A stretch of 64,000 bases of DNA from Crocinitomicaceae bacterium (GCA_965247975.1 OZ252050.1:420555-484554); one strand, 5' to 3'; positions 48,186 to 58,831 are shown, numbered from the stretch's first letter. Program-made: numbers and translations. The notes: generated by a model not told the origin, from the letters alone.

Positions 48186-49265
48186 CTAATTCTCTGGATA
48201 TAAAGTTAATAAACCTACTTCAGAAGCATCACAAACTCCACGGTCTGTAATAAGTTTCGTTACTAAATGGGCAGGAGTAACATCAAAACCATAATTGCTT
48301 GCGGTCGTTGTTTCTGGACAAATGAGAACAGAATCAATTTTTCCATTACTGTTTTTGCCTATCATGTAGCGCACCTCGTCTTGGTTGCGTTCCTCAATCG
48401 GTATTTCTTTTAAACCATCTCTGATTGTCATGTCCAAAGTAGTAGACGGAAGTGCAACATAAAATGGAATGTTATTGTCTTTGGCAGCTAACGCTTTCAA
48501 ATAGGTGCCAATTTTGTTTGCTACATCGCCATTACGTGTTGTGCGGTCAGTTCCAACAATAACCATATCCACCATGCCATGTTGCATTAAGTGACCTCCG
48601 GCATTATCAACAATCAATGTATGCGGAACTCCATGTTTTGTCAATTCGTAACACGTCAAATTACTTCCTTGATTGCGTGGACGGGTTTCGTCAACCCATA
48701 CATGTACTTTAATTCCTTTCTCCATTGCTTGATAAATAGGAGAAGTTATGGTTCCCCACTCAATACATCCAAGCATTCCGGCGTTACAATGGGTCAGAAT
48801 ATTTACAACGTCCCCATTTTTTCTCTGAGAAATTTGTTCAATAAATGGCAATCCATGTACGCCAATCATTCTGCATGTTTCTACATCTTCTTCCACCAAA
48901 TCATTAGCTGTTTGCCATGCTGTTTGCAAAAGATCAGGTGCGTTTTCAAGTGCTTTTTTCATTTTGTCTAATGCCCAAAATAGATTGACTGCGGTTGGTC
49001 GAGATGCTTTTAATGCTTCAAACGCATCATCCAAATGAGAGGAAGCTAACTTTTTTTCAGTCATTTCTCGAACCGCCAAATAAATTCCATAAGCGGCTGT
49101 AGCTCCAATAAGTGGTGCTCCACGCACAGTCATGTCTTTAATCGCAATTTCAGCATCTTTGTAAGTTTCGAGACGCACTGTGACAAATTCATGAGGTAAT
49201 TTTCGTTGATCTATGACTTCAACGAATTTATCTTCTGTGGTCCAAATGGTGCGAAATTTACTCAT
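48186..49265 (-). CDS. mtnA: Methylthioribose-1-phosphate isomerase
   Basis: MTVRGAPLIG, SRPTAVNL, LTHCNAG, VDETRPRNQG, GDVANKIGTY, FDVTP; probable start MSKFRT at 49265. Confidence 0.95.
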   Translation of the reverse strand: MSKFRTIWTTEDKFVEVIDQRKLPHEFVTVRLETYKDAEIAIKDMTVRGAPLIGATAAYGIYLAVREMTEKKLASSHLDDAFEALKASRPTAVNLFWALDKMKKALENAPDLLQTAWQTANDLVEEDVETCRMIGVHGLPFIEQISQRKNGDVVNILTHCNAGMLGCIEWGTITSPIYQAMEKGIKVHVWVDETRPRNQGSNLTCYELTKHGVPHTLIVDNAGGHLMQHGMVDMVIVGTDRTTRNGDVANKIGTYLKALAAKDNNIPFYVALPSTTLDMTIRDGLKEIPIEERNQDEVRYMIGKNSNGKIDSVLICPETTTASNYGFDVTPAHLVTKLITDRGVCDASEVGLLTLYPEN

Positions 49266-49287
49266 GAATTTAAAATTATAAAATGGA

Positions 49288-50517
49288 TTATTTTGGTAAT
49301 TGAATTTTGTCAAAGGATGAAACACATCGATTCCAATTTGGTGAATTTCCTTCTCTAACTAGCTGAATTGTTTGATATCCTGCTTCGTCTGCAGCTTCTA
49401 ATTCTTCCCGAATATCGGAAAGAAATAGAATGGCTGAAGGATGAAAGTTAAGTGAACTACTTATTTTTCGGTACGTTTCTGAATCTCGTTTCCCTCCTGT
49501 TGTAGTGTCGAAATATACTGAAAATAAAGGTGTTAAATCGCCGTCGATGGAATATCCAAAGATTAATTTTTGTGCGGCAATTGAACCTGAGGAAAATACA
49601 CCTAAACCTCTATTTTCTGATTTACTTTTTTCAAGAAAAGGTTTCACATCTGCATAAACATGTCCTTTAAGTTTGCCAGTTGCATAACCCGTTTCCCAGA
49701 GAATTCCTTGTAAGGTTTTCAATGGAGTGATTTTCCGATCTTCCAAGCTCCATTGTAGGAGTTTTTGAATGATTTCATCCTCTGAAGAAAGTTCTTCAGC
49801 ATCGTTTTCCTTTGCCAAATATTGCGTTTCCTCGAAGGCTTTTTTTACCTCCGGGAGATCTGTTAAATTTTTTAATTCCTGAATGTTATCTCTAAAATAA
49901 GGAAACAATTCATCGTATACAAAATTGACAGAGGTGGTTGTTCCCTCAATATCTGTCAGAATAAATTGAACCGGGTTTTGCAAAGGAACCATGAAATCAG
50001 AAAACTTTTGTTCCAAAGTGGAATTTGTGTATTCTGGAACCCAACCACTCATGTCGATAAAAATACGAATCGCTTTTACAAATGGATTGGTGGCGCCTGC
50101 ATCAAACCAATGTTTTGTTCCAGCAGGAACGGAAATTAAATCGCCTTTTTCGCAAAGCAAATTAAAGACGGGTTCATTTTCAAGGTTGAACCAAAATAAG
50201 CCCTGACCATCTACGAAAAATCGAATTTCGTCCTCAGAATGCGTATGCTCTGCTAAAAATTTAGCACGAATAACGTCGTAGTTTTCCGTAAGGCTATTAA
50301 TGGAGATTACATCAGCAGTTAAATAGCCTCCTTTTTGCATAAAAGGATTTAAATCTTTTGAATATGCATCCAGTATTTCTTCTTGAGAAGCTGTATCTTC
50401 AAAAACAACATCACAACTCCATTGGTCGAAAAATAAATTGCGCGCATTAAAAAATGCTCGAATTTCTTTTGGGTCGCGAATCGTAATGTTTTGTTCTGGA
50501 ATGGATAAAATGGCCAT
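49288..50517 (-). CDS. Fused acireductone dioxygenase (MtnD/ARD) and enolase-phosphatase E1 (MtnC)
   Basis: N-terminal cupin EHTHSEDEIRFF...PAGTKHWF; C-terminal HAD ILTDIEGTTTS...KTLQG...FSSGS...FLSD; one continuous ORF. Confidence 0.88.
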   Translation of the reverse strand: MAILSIPEQNITIRDPKEIRAFFNARNLFFDQWSCDVVFEDTASQEEILDAYSKDLNPFMQKGGYLTADVISINSLTENYDVIRAKFLAEHTHSEDEIRFFVDGQGLFWFNLENEPVFNLLCEKGDLISVPAGTKHWFDAGATNPFVKAIRIFIDMSGWVPEYTNSTLEQKFSDFMVPLQNPVQFILTDIEGTTTSVNFVYDELFPYFRDNIQELKNLTDLPEVKKAFEETQYLAKENDAEELSSEDEIIQKLLQWSLEDRKITPLKTLQGILWETGYATGKLKGHVYADVKPFLEKSKSENRGLGVFSSGSIAAQKLIFGYSIDGDLTPLFSVYFDTTTGGKRDSETYRKISSSLNFHPSAILFLSDIREELEAADEAGYQTIQLVREGNSPNWNRCVSSFDKIQLPK

Positions 50518-50523
50518 GTTTTT

Positions 50524-51132
50524 TTATTTTACGCATTGTAAACGATATTCACACTCACAAAGATACTCCAAGGTCTCAAGATGTCGTTTGGCTTCAAATA
50601 GATTTTTGCCCCAAGCATATGTTCCATGCTTTTTCATGATAAAGGAATGATTGGAAATTCGCCCCACATTTCGTTTTAATGTTTCACTAAAAGAAATCAT
50701 GTCTTGGGTATTGTCAAAGACAGGAATCAACAATTGTGGTTCATGCGACGGTTGACCAGCAAATCCTTTCTGCACTTCATAGCCATGAAATGAAACATTG
50801 CCGGTTTTTTGAATTTCGGAAAGCACAACTGGAAAAACCGAATGACTATGTAAAATGACTTTTGTCTCTGGAAATAATTGATACAAAACGCAATGAATCA
50901 ATGTTTCGGCTGATGGTCGAAGATCAGAAAATTCTTTCGAAGCATTTCCAAATTCATCAACCACCATAAAATCGTTTTCTGAAAATTGAGATTTATCAAT
51001 GCCACTTCTAGAGACCCAAATGGCATTCTGATCATCTTTAAATGAGTAATTCGTGGACGTTGCAGGCGACCATCCTTTTGAGTTGTAGAGCCGAATTGTT
51101 TCAGCGAGTTGTTGTTTCAATTCTTGAAGCAT
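50524..51132 (-). CDS. mtnB: Methylthioribulose-1-phosphate dehydratase
   Basis: WSPATSTNYS, SRSGIDK, PSAETLIH, ILHSHS, HGTYAWG class II aldolase motifs; in the mtn operon. Confidence 0.92.
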   Translation of the reverse strand: MLQELKQQLAETIRLYNSKGWSPATSTNYSFKDDQNAIWVSRSGIDKSQFSENDFMVVDEFGNASKEFSDLRPSAETLIHCVLYQLFPETKVILHSHSVFPVVLSEIQKTGNVSFHGYEVQKGFAGQPSHEPQLLIPVFDNTQDMISFSETLKRNVGRISNHSFIMKKHGTYAWGKNLFEAKRHLETLEYLCECEYRLQCVK

Positions 51133-51136
51133 TGAT

Positions 51137-52048
51137 TTAAAATTTCAAAAACGGAATAAAACGAGCAACAGATTTTTGATATTCCTTATATTTTGGATAC
51201 TTTTCAGCAGTCACTCCTTCGCTAAACTCTGAACTTCCATAAAATAATAAGATCAAAAGAATGGCTCCAGCAATAGACCAATTAATCCAAGATCCAGTTG
51301 CAGCTATAGAGAATAAATAGATAAAAACCCAAATGCTTTGTTCTGCCGTATAATTTGGGTGACGCATAATTTTCCAAAGTCCAACATTCGTGAAACCATG
51401 TTCAAATTCTCCCAATGGTTCTTTAGCATTGATGCGTCTATATTTTTCTGTTTGAAAATCATATTGTTGTTGATCTGCAACGAATTCCATGATAATTAAA
51501 AGTAAGACTCCAAGACCAATGAGGTAATCTACCCAAGTTAATGGTCCTCCGCCCAGTGCTTTAATCATTGGAAACACGATAAGCATAACAAGTCCCATTT
51601 GATACAGGGAAATAAAAAATAAATTAAACAAAAACCACTTCCAAGGCGCTTGAAATTCTGGTTTTGCTCTTAAAATTGCCCATCGGTAATCTTCGTCGCC
51701 TTCCCAAAAACGCCAAGAATAACCGCCTCTTCGCGCAAAGTTGAAAGTGAGTCTTCCACCCCAAAGCGTAATCAAAACGGCGATGAAAATCATTCGAGGT
51801 TCCCATGCAGATAAATAAGCAATCTGCCAAGCATAGCCAATAGGTGCGATGCTCCACAATTTATCTACTTGACTGTAATTGCCAGTAATTATACTCACAA
51901 AAAAACACAGCATTGCCAGCACAAGATAACTTGTTGCTAAAGAATAGATTACTGAAAGTTGAGATGCGTTTGGAGGAGTATCATAATAGTAGGCTACAAT
52001 AGGCACGGTGATAAGTGTTGCAAGAAGAAGTATAACTGTTTTCCACAT
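51137..52048 (-). CDS. DUF1295 (steroid 5-alpha-reductase-like) membrane protein
   Basis: VDKLWS, EDYRW, ADQQQYDF, GLWKIMRHPNY motifs. Confidence 0.85.
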   Translation of the reverse strand: MWKTVILLLATLITVPIVAYYYDTPPNASQLSVIYSLATSYLVLAMLCFFVSIITGNYSQVDKLWSIAPIGYAWQIAYLSAWEPRMIFIAVLITLWGGRLTFNFARRGGYSWRFWEGDEDYRWAILRAKPEFQAPWKWFLFNLFFISLYQMGLVMLIVFPMIKALGGGPLTWVDYLIGLGVLLLIIMEFVADQQQYDFQTEKYRRINAKEPLGEFEHGFTNVGLWKIMRHPNYTAEQSIWVFIYLFSIAATGSWINWSIAGAILLILLFYGSSEFSEGVTAEKYPKYKEYQKSVARFIPFLKF

Positions 52049-52190
52049 AGTTTAAATTTTTGAAAAACAAAGATGAAAAAAAACGATGACATTCGACCTT
52101 CATCACTTTACTTTAAAGAACAATTTGTATTTGAAACGTGGTTATTAATATTTTTATGTAAATTGCCTGCCAAAACTAACTTTTAATTGT

Positions 52191-52505
52191 ATGAGTGAAA
52201 TAATTGACAATGAATCCGTCATCCTTTCAAAGACTGATGGAAATGAAAAATTACCAAGTTCAGGTGGAATTTTAACTTTAGGAATACTATCTATCGTTTT
52301 TGCTGGACTTTTGGGTTTAATTCTAGGGATTATTGGTACATCCATGTCGAAAAGATCTCTTCAATTGTATAAAGACAATCCATCAAAATATATGGCAACA
52401 TCATTTAGTCATGTCAAGGCTGGACGCGTTTGTGGCATTATTGGAATTTGTATTAGTAGCCTTGCCTTGTTTATTGTTATTTTAGTTGTAATTGCAAATT
52501 CTTAA
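52191..52505 (+). CDS. Small two-TM membrane protein (DUF4190-like)
   Basis: LTLGILSI...GIIG and AGRVCGIIG motifs. Confidence 0.7.
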   Translation: MSEIIDNESVILSKTDGNEKLPSSGGILTLGILSIVFAGLLGLILGIIGTSMSKRSLQLYKDNPSKYMATSFSHVKAGRVCGIIGICISSLALFIVILVVIANS

Positions 52506-53245
52506 ATTTTACCAGCTTTAAAACGTTGGTAAAATCGATGTGCGTATTTTTTTAGTTTACGTTGCAAGTACTTGGGCAACCTTACATCTGTGTCTCTCGT
52601 TTTGAGTACGTTTTTTTGTGTCATTACTTCATAAAATAAACACGATGTGAGGAATGTTCCTTTACGATTCGGATGAGCGCCATCGCCATCATACAGGTTT
52701 ACTTTTTGCTGAACGTCCGACCAAAGTTTACCGACAGGGACAACCGTTGCATCAATTTTTTTTCCCAATTCGGAATATGAATGATAAACAGAATCAGTCA
52801 TCGATTTATTCCATTTATAGCCCCAAGTAGCATATAAGTATATTTTTGCACTCGGATTTCGTTTCCGGATTTTTCGCGCCCATTGCATGCCATAGCGAAA
52901 GAATGATTTACGTTCTTTAATTGACCCAGAACTGTATTCTTGTAAAACAACATGATCCCATTTCTTTTCTTTGAAAATGGACTGTGTTTCGTTGTTTTTG
53001 TAATGTGTGTGCAGATGAAATTTGCCCTGTGCTGCTCGTGTAAAATTGAGTTCTACTTTTTCTTTCGAATTTGATGCTAGTTCATTCAAATGTTGATCAA
53101 GTCCTTTGTTCCGGTAAGTATAGCTGTTTCCAATAAAAAGCACGTCAGTGGTGTATTCATCGGTTGGTTCATTAAACGCAAAAGAGTACCACACACCGAG
53201 CGTAATCAGTGCGAATGCCAGCAATATGATTCCTTTTTTAAACAT
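52502..53245 (-). CDS. SGNH/GDSL hydrolase family protein (DUF4886-like)
   Basis: VLFIGNSYT, WDHVVLQEYS, DGAHP. Confidence 0.8.
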   Translation of the reverse strand: MFKKGIILLAFALITLGVWYSFAFNEPTDEYTTDVLFIGNSYTYRNKGLDQHLNELASNSKEKVELNFTRAAQGKFHLHTHYKNNETQSIFKEKKWDHVVLQEYSSGSIKERKSFFRYGMQWARKIRKRNPSAKIYLYATWGYKWNKSMTDSVYHSYSELGKKIDATVVPVGKLWSDVQQKVNLYDGDGAHPNRKGTFLTSCLFYEVMTQKNVLKTRDTDVRLPKYLQRKLKKYAHRFYQRFKAGKI

Positions 53246-53272
53246 CGTTTTTCAAACGAAACGTTCAAATAT

Positions 53273-53306
53273 AAAAAAAGCAAGTCTCAAAACGAAACTT
53301 GCTCTT
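53273..53306 (-). terminator. Terminator of rplU-rpmA
   Basis: Minus strand GAGCAAGT...ACTTGCTTTTTT hairpin plus U tract. Confidence 0.65.
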
Positions 53307-53328
53307 AATTTAAGTTGATATAATTTTC

Positions 53329-53598
53329 TTAAGCTTCTGTAGCTTCAAAAGAAACTACCGAAACAAAAGATCTGTTATCTCTTTTTTTACGGAATTCAAC
53401 AACTCCATCAGTCAATGCATAAAGTGTGTGGTCTTTACCAACTCCAACATTTGTTCCTGCATGATGATGCGTTCCTCTTTGACGAACAATAATGTTCCCT
53501 GCAATTGCAGCTTGTCCTCCAAAAATTTTCACTCCTAATCTCTTACTTGCTGATTCACGTCCGTTTTTCGAACTACCAGCTCCTTTTTTATGTGCCAT
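53329..53598 (-). CDS. rpmA: 50S ribosomal protein L27
   Basis: [16 protein letters not shown]...RLGVK. Confidence 0.98.
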   Translation of the reverse strand: MAHKKGAGSSKNGRESASKRLGVKIFGGQAAIAGNIIVRQRGTHHHAGTNVGVGKDHTLYALTDGVVEFRKKRDNRSFVSVVSFEATEA

Positions 53599-53641
53599 TT
53601 TTTAAGTTTTTAAATCCGCCGAAACGAATTGTAAGTTCTTA

Positions 53642-53953
53642 TTAAGCGTTAATGCCTTTAATTTGAATCGATGTGAAACTTTGACGATGACCGTTTTTCT
53701 TACGGTATCCTTTTCTACGTTTCTTTTTGAAAACGATTACAGTTTCTCCTTTCAAGTGCTCAACTACCTCAGCAGTTACACTCGCACCTTCTATAGCTGG
53801 GGCGCCTAAAGTAATTGCTCCATCGTTGTCAATTAAAAGAACTTTATCGAAAGTAACTTTCGAACCAGCCTCTGAATCTAAACGGTGTACAAAAACCTTT
53901 TGGTCTTTTTGCACTTTAAATTGCTGCCCTGCTATCTCTACAATTGCGTACAT
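53642..53953 (-). CDS. rplU: 50S ribosomal protein L21
   Basis: [14 protein letters not shown]...[16 protein letters not shown]. Confidence 0.98.
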   Translation of the reverse strand: MYAIVEIAGQQFKVQKDQKVFVHRLDSEAGSKVTFDKVLLIDNDGAITLGAPAIEGASVTAEVVEHLKGETVIVFKKKRRKGYRKKNGHRQSFTSIQIKGINA

Positions 53954-53995
53954 ATAGCTATTATTAAATTATAATTCTTACAAAAAATTGGACGA

Positions 53996-54003
53996 CAAAG
54001 GTA
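53996..54003 (-). promoter_or_regulatory. Bacteroidota -7 promoter element upstream of rplU
   Basis: Minus strand TACCTTTG. Confidence 0.55.
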
Positions 54004-54014
54004 GTGTTTTATTA

Positions 54015-54962
54015 TTAGATCGCAAGTTTTTCTTTAGAATTCTTCCGATTTTTATGCTTTTCTCTCATTTGGGGCCAGTAATTGGCAATAAAAACCCCTG
54101 TCAAAACGATAAACATGGCCAAGATTTGCATGACATTAATGGACTCTTTGACCATGAAACCAATCAATACAGCAACGATTGGAATCAAATAGGTAACGCT
54201 GCTCGCAAAAAGAGTAGATGAGTTGGCAATTACTCCATTGAAAATGATCACTGCAAATGCTGTTCCGACAATACCAAGAATGGCAATGAAACCTAAAGCC
54301 GTGAAACTTTCTTTGTTTGTATAAAATGGCTCTTGAACCTGAAAGACAATTAATGCAATGATCGATGGTAGAAAAATGGTGAAAAAAGCCAAAGAAGTAA
54401 TTTCTATGGGTCGCAAATGACTCAATCTGTATTTAATTAAATTCAAACTGATACCATATAGAAATGTGGCCAAAACAATCGCCAAAATGTGCCAGTAAGT
54501 TCCCGTATTGGATTCTAAATTGCCCGAAGTGCTTAGCAAAACAATTCCAGCGGTCCCAATCAGTACTCCTATTAATTGGATGAAGGTCAAACGATTTTTG
54601 AAAAACAAAAAGCCAATAATGAGTGTAAAAATAGGAGTGAAGCTATTTAGCATGCCTGCGTAACCTGAACTTACACCTTTTTCAGCAAACGTGAATAGGA
54701 ACGCCGGAACAAAATTGCCGCAAATTCCTGAACCTAATAGTGCAAGCCAAACTTTGGGTGATTTTACTTTTCTAATTGCACGCAATGCGAATGGCAACAA
54801 AACCAATCCAGCCAAGAACATGCGTAAGGCAGCAACTTGTCTATCAGAAAATATTTCATTCCCTTCTGCATCGAACATGCCTTTTTTCATGAGGATAAAT
54901 GAACTTCCCCAAATGCAAGCAAGTAAAATGAGCATTAACCAACTTTTGGTTTCTTTTGTCAT
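54015..54962 (-). CDS. DMT/EamA family transporter
   Basis: IWGSSFILMK, AGMLNSFTPIFT, SVTYLIPIVA; two EamA repeats. Confidence 0.9.
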   Translation of the reverse strand: MTKETKSWLMLILLACIWGSSFILMKKGMFDAEGNEIFSDRQVAALRMFLAGLVLLPFALRAIRKVKSPKVWLALLGSGICGNFVPAFLFTFAEKGVSSGYAGMLNSFTPIFTLIIGFLFFKNRLTFIQLIGVLIGTAGIVLLSTSGNLESNTGTYWHILAIVLATFLYGISLNLIKYRLSHLRPIEITSLAFFTIFLPSIIALIVFQVQEPFYTNKESFTALGFIAILGIVGTAFAVIIFNGVIANSSTLFASSVTYLIPIVAVLIGFMVKESINVMQILAMFIVLTGVFIANYWPQMREKHKNRKNSKEKLAI

Positions 54963-55000
54963 ATCTTTGTTCGATTCAAATTTGTTGGTTGCAAAAGTGG

Positions 55001-56437
55001 CTAATAATTTCGGTAATCATTCCATAAAATGCTCCGCAAACCAATAACAGGATAATACTTGATTTTCGAATCTAAACTAGAATAACGAAGTTGATTTTCG
55101 AAATAGGAGTGCAACCTCATTGGTTGAAATACTTCGTAGTCAAGTGTAATGATAGAAATGAATGAATTTTTGCCTCGACCTTGCGCGGTCTCAATACCAT
55201 AATCTGAAGGACGATTGTTATACGGCACATAAACATTAAATCCATAATTGTAAATTGTTGTATCACTTGCAATTCCTTGAAGCGAATAGCTCAAGAACAC
55301 TTTAGCTGTCCATTTTTTGTGTTGCCATTTTATCTCACCAATTAATTCATGAAAATTACTTCCTAATGGATGAGCCAAATTCGAACCTTGGTTTCCATAA
55401 TTGTGAAATTGATCGATATGCGCATAGGTGTAAGGCCTCACATAATTGTATTCGGCCCGCACAAACCAGTTTCCAAGTTTCGTTTTAAAACGTGATTTAT
55501 AGCCAAATTGCATTCCAAATTTGTTTGCCCACCATTTGGTTTTTTTTCGTATTTCAGTCAAATTGAATTCATCCATAATCAATTGCGAATACAAAGTATG
55601 TTGTTTCCAATGACCGTCTAAGGATAATCCAAGCAATACGTTATCTGATGATCCTAAGGAATATTCTTGCGGACGATAAAAAATGATAGGGTTTAAATAT
55701 TCAACGTCATAACCACGATTCAATAGCGTATCTTTTGGTCGAAACATCACTGATTCGAAAACACCAATGGTGAGCCATTTTGCCGCATTCAAACTAATGT
55801 GATGGGTGGCACCATTCTTTGAACTGTATTTTGCACCCAATTTTTCACGCATAAATTGATACATGACTGTATATTCTACCCGCCAAAATCGTGTTCTAAT
55901 TTGTCCAAAGGGAAATGGATCACCATAATCACTTAAAAACAATGAGCGACTTCCTTCTCCAATAAAATGATTATCTAAACCAACCTGAAAATTGAAGATA
56001 TCGTTTGGAGTATAGCTAATTAGACCACGAACGTCAACATAATATTCATTTTTTCCTTTGCGCTCTGCGTAATAGGAATTGGTGTTAAAAACAGTATTTG
56101 GTTCGGAGATGCCCCCAATTCCAGCGATCCTTGCATACCATTTTTTGGAAGTCAATTCCATGCTCACACCTGCACCTACCCGATATCCTATTGAGTCCAA
56201 ATAACTTCCGTTCAAATCGGACAACGGTGAAATGCTGAATTGATTCGCTTTTTCGCTCGTGTTTTTTGTCCAAACTTTTTGTGTTTTTTGTCGCACAAAT
56301 GGACGTAGGTTTGAATGAAATTTGACGTTTGAATGACTTATGGAATCATTTGGCATTTCTTCAATTATATACCCAACATTAGATTGCGCCAATGAAAGAC
56401 ATGGAAGAAAAAATAATATGTAAACGAACAATTTCAT
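55001..56437 (-). CDS. Outer-membrane protein (Wzi-like), paralogue of 56437-57987
   Basis: Signal peptide; HFIGEGSRSLFLSD and LAHPLG motifs shared with its neighbour. Confidence 0.6.
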   Translation of the reverse strand: MKLFVYILFFLPCLSLAQSNVGYIIEEMPNDSISHSNVKFHSNLRPFVRQKTQKVWTKNTSEKANQFSISPLSDLNGSYLDSIGYRVGAGVSMELTSKKWYARIAGIGGISEPNTVFNTNSYYAERKGKNEYYVDVRGLISYTPNDIFNFQVGLDNHFIGEGSRSLFLSDYGDPFPFGQIRTRFWRVEYTVMYQFMREKLGAKYSSKNGATHHISLNAAKWLTIGVFESVMFRPKDTLLNRGYDVEYLNPIIFYRPQEYSLGSSDNVLLGLSLDGHWKQHTLYSQLIMDEFNLTEIRKKTKWWANKFGMQFGYKSRFKTKLGNWFVRAEYNYVRPYTYAHIDQFHNYGNQGSNLAHPLGSNFHELIGEIKWQHKKWTAKVFLSYSLQGIASDTTIYNYGFNVYVPYNNRPSDYGIETAQGRGKNSFISIITLDYEVFQPMRLHSYFENQLRYSSLDSKIKYYPVIGLRSILWNDYRNY

Positions 56438-57987
56438 TAAAAATCGGAATAGTGGTTTAGTAAGTTTGTTTTTAAACCAAGACTAAACATGTTTGTGAGT
56501 TTGTTGGCAGAAAAACTGTCTGATCTCAAGAGCCAATTTCCAAAAAGCATCAGGTTCAATTTGCGATTGAATCGATAACCGATTTCTAATTCATTGTGAA
56601 ATATAGAACCAGCGACTAATGGATTGATTTTTTTTGTGGGCAATAAACTTACCTCCGAATAATCTGTTAATGAATAATAGATTGACTTTAAATCGACGTA
56701 TGCTCTTTTCCATTCATAATTCGCACGAAGCACTCCTTCCACAAATCCTTGACCTTTTGGATGTGCAAGTGGCAAATTATAATGACTGTAATTTAATCTG
56801 CTTATTTGTGAAGAATATACCTCATTGGAAGCATAGTTTGCCTCGAGTTGTACAAAAAGTTGTTTGATTTTTAAGGGCTCAGAAAATCTAAATCCTAATT
56901 GACCAGCAGTTCCATTTGTTTTATTGTTAAATGCAAATTGACCATAAATTCGGAGATAATTAGTTGCAGAAAATCCGATGTTTAAACCCAGAATGGAATT
57001 TATTTCTCGTTCATTTAAGAGAAACGCTCCAATGATAGGCACAGGATTGTAAAACAGTGGATTGGCGGATTTCGAGACAATTGAATCTCCTCTTGAGTAA
57101 ATAGTTCCTTCGAATAAGGAAATGTTCAGCTTTTTATTTGCTCGGAAGGATAGATAATTGACCGCATAGCCTTTTGGTTCGTAATATGCTTCGACAGATG
57201 TGCTCGCTGGTTTACGCAATAAATTAATGAATTTTGTGCGCAAATAAACAAATTCCCATTTAGGAAGAAACCTGTAGTTTGCCTGAATATAGGGAGATGA
57301 ATAGCTATTGTCTGATAATAACATAGACCTATAACCATCACCAATAAAGTGTTGATTATTTCCTGCTGAAAGGGTCAAAACCTTAAATGGTTTATAAATG
57401 ATGTTTCCAATGGCATACGCGTAGTCAAATGCATCAATCTTAAATATTTTTGTTCTTCCTGCGCCAGGTATTACTGCGTTTTGTGTTTTATAATTAGAAT
57501 TTTGAGGGTATAGCTCTCCAACCGAACGGTAATAAACACTTTGGTACATTGGGTTTCGGGACTGATTTTCGTAAAAGCTCGTCGAAAAGGAAAAGTTCTT
57601 AAATAGATCTCCTTCAATGAAAAATCCTCTAGAATTTTGATACAATCTGCGTTTTAGCGTATCCTCTAAATCTCGGGAATATGTAAAATCAAGTACAGGA
57701 CTTATCGTCAAATAATAATTGTCGCCTTTAAATTCCAGCAAATGCTTTTGAAACAAAATCTTTGTTATATCATAATACTGTTTAGTTGTATCGACAATTT
57801 TGTCATTTAAATTGTATTGGTCTTCATTTACCGGAAAAAATGAATTTCCAGAATATCCTTCCATGCGATGTGTTGCGTGATATAATTTGTCCTTGTAAAA
57901 TCCATTTAAGGAAATGAAATTTTGTTGAGCATAGTGCTGAAATGCAACGAAAAACAGGCTATATGTCAAAAGCAATTTTTTAAGCAT
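56437..57987 (-). CDS. Outer-membrane protein (Wzi-like), paralogue of 55001-56437
   Basis: Signal peptide; HFIGDGYRSMLLSD and LAHPKG motifs. Confidence 0.6.
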   Translation of the reverse strand: MLKKLLLTYSLFFVAFQHYAQQNFISLNGFYKDKLYHATHRMEGYSGNSFFPVNEDQYNLNDKIVDTTKQYYDITKILFQKHLLEFKGDNYYLTISPVLDFTYSRDLEDTLKRRLYQNSRGFFIEGDLFKNFSFSTSFYENQSRNPMYQSVYYRSVGELYPQNSNYKTQNAVIPGAGRTKIFKIDAFDYAYAIGNIIYKPFKVLTLSAGNNQHFIGDGYRSMLLSDNSYSSPYIQANYRFLPKWEFVYLRTKFINLLRKPASTSVEAYYEPKGYAVNYLSFRANKKLNISLFEGTIYSRGDSIVSKSANPLFYNPVPIIGAFLLNEREINSILGLNIGFSATNYLRIYGQFAFNNKTNGTAGQLGFRFSEPLKIKQLFVQLEANYASNEVYSSQISRLNYSHYNLPLAHPKGQGFVEGVLRANYEWKRAYVDLKSIYYSLTDYSEVSLLPTKKINPLVAGSIFHNELEIGYRFNRKLNLMLFGNWLLRSDSFSANKLTNMFSLGLKTNLLNHYSDF

Positions 57988-58786
57988 TTGCCAACATAAA
58001 CGCTTCAGATTTTACAATAAAGTGCGGATTGTATAAATCTTCCTTATTATACTTTAATGATTGATAGGATTCAGCATCAATAATCGTCCCACCAAGTGCG
58101 TCGATGATTGCATGACCTGCCGCAGTATCCCATTCCATCGTTGGAGCAAACCGCGGATATACATCAGCTCTTCCTAAAGCCAAGTCTATAAATTTTAGGG
58201 CTGAACCTTTTTCAATAAAAGTAGCTTCACCAAATTTATCTTGAACCTCTTCAAAAAAAGTCCTGTCTTTGATTGAACCATGACTGCGTGAAGCAGCAAT
58301 AACAACAGGTTTGTTCAGTGATTTTTTCTCGATTTGAATCCAGTTTTCTGGAGAATGTGATTGCTCAAATGAAAAATAGTATACACCAATATCTTTTCCG
58401 CCAATGAGCATTACTTTTTCAACTGGTGAACACACAATACCAAAAATCGGCGTTGAATTTTCTATCAGAGCAATATTCACAGCAAATTCGCCATTCTTCT
58501 TAATAAATTCTTTAGTACCATCCAATGGATCAACCAACCAAAGCTGATTCCAATTTTTTCGAACTTCATAAGATTCTAAATCAAGTTCTTCGCAAATGAC
58601 TGGAATATCTGTTTTTTGTAAAATGCTTGAAATAATTTTGGAAGACATCAAATCTGCTTCTGTAACGGGCGAACCATCTTTTTTAATTTCCTTTTCAAAC
58701 GATTTTGAATACACGTGCATAATTGCACCTGAAGCTTCAATAGCCGCTTCAATAGCATGTGTATGGATCATTGAAAGATTTTGCAT
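57980..58786 (-). CDS. cysQ: 3'(2'),5'-bisphosphate nucleotidase CysQ
   Basis: KDGSPVTEAD, WLVDPLDGTKEF, GSALKF, PTMEWDTAAGHA. Confidence 0.93.
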   Translation of the reverse strand: MQNLSMIHTHAIEAAIEASGAIMHVYSKSFEKEIKKDGSPVTEADLMSSKIISSILQKTDIPVICEELDLESYEVRKNWNQLWLVDPLDGTKEFIKKNGEFAVNIALIENSTPIFGIVCSPVEKVMLIGGKDIGVYYFSFEQSHSPENWIQIEKKSLNKPVVIAASRSHGSIKDRTFFEEVQDKFGEATFIEKGSALKFIDLALGRADVYPRFAPTMEWDTAAGHAIIDALGGTIIDAESYQSLKYNKEDLYNPHFIVKSEAFMLANA

Positions 58787-58831
58787 TTTATTATTTTACC
58801 CAAATATAAGGACAATCCAAAAATGGCGCAT

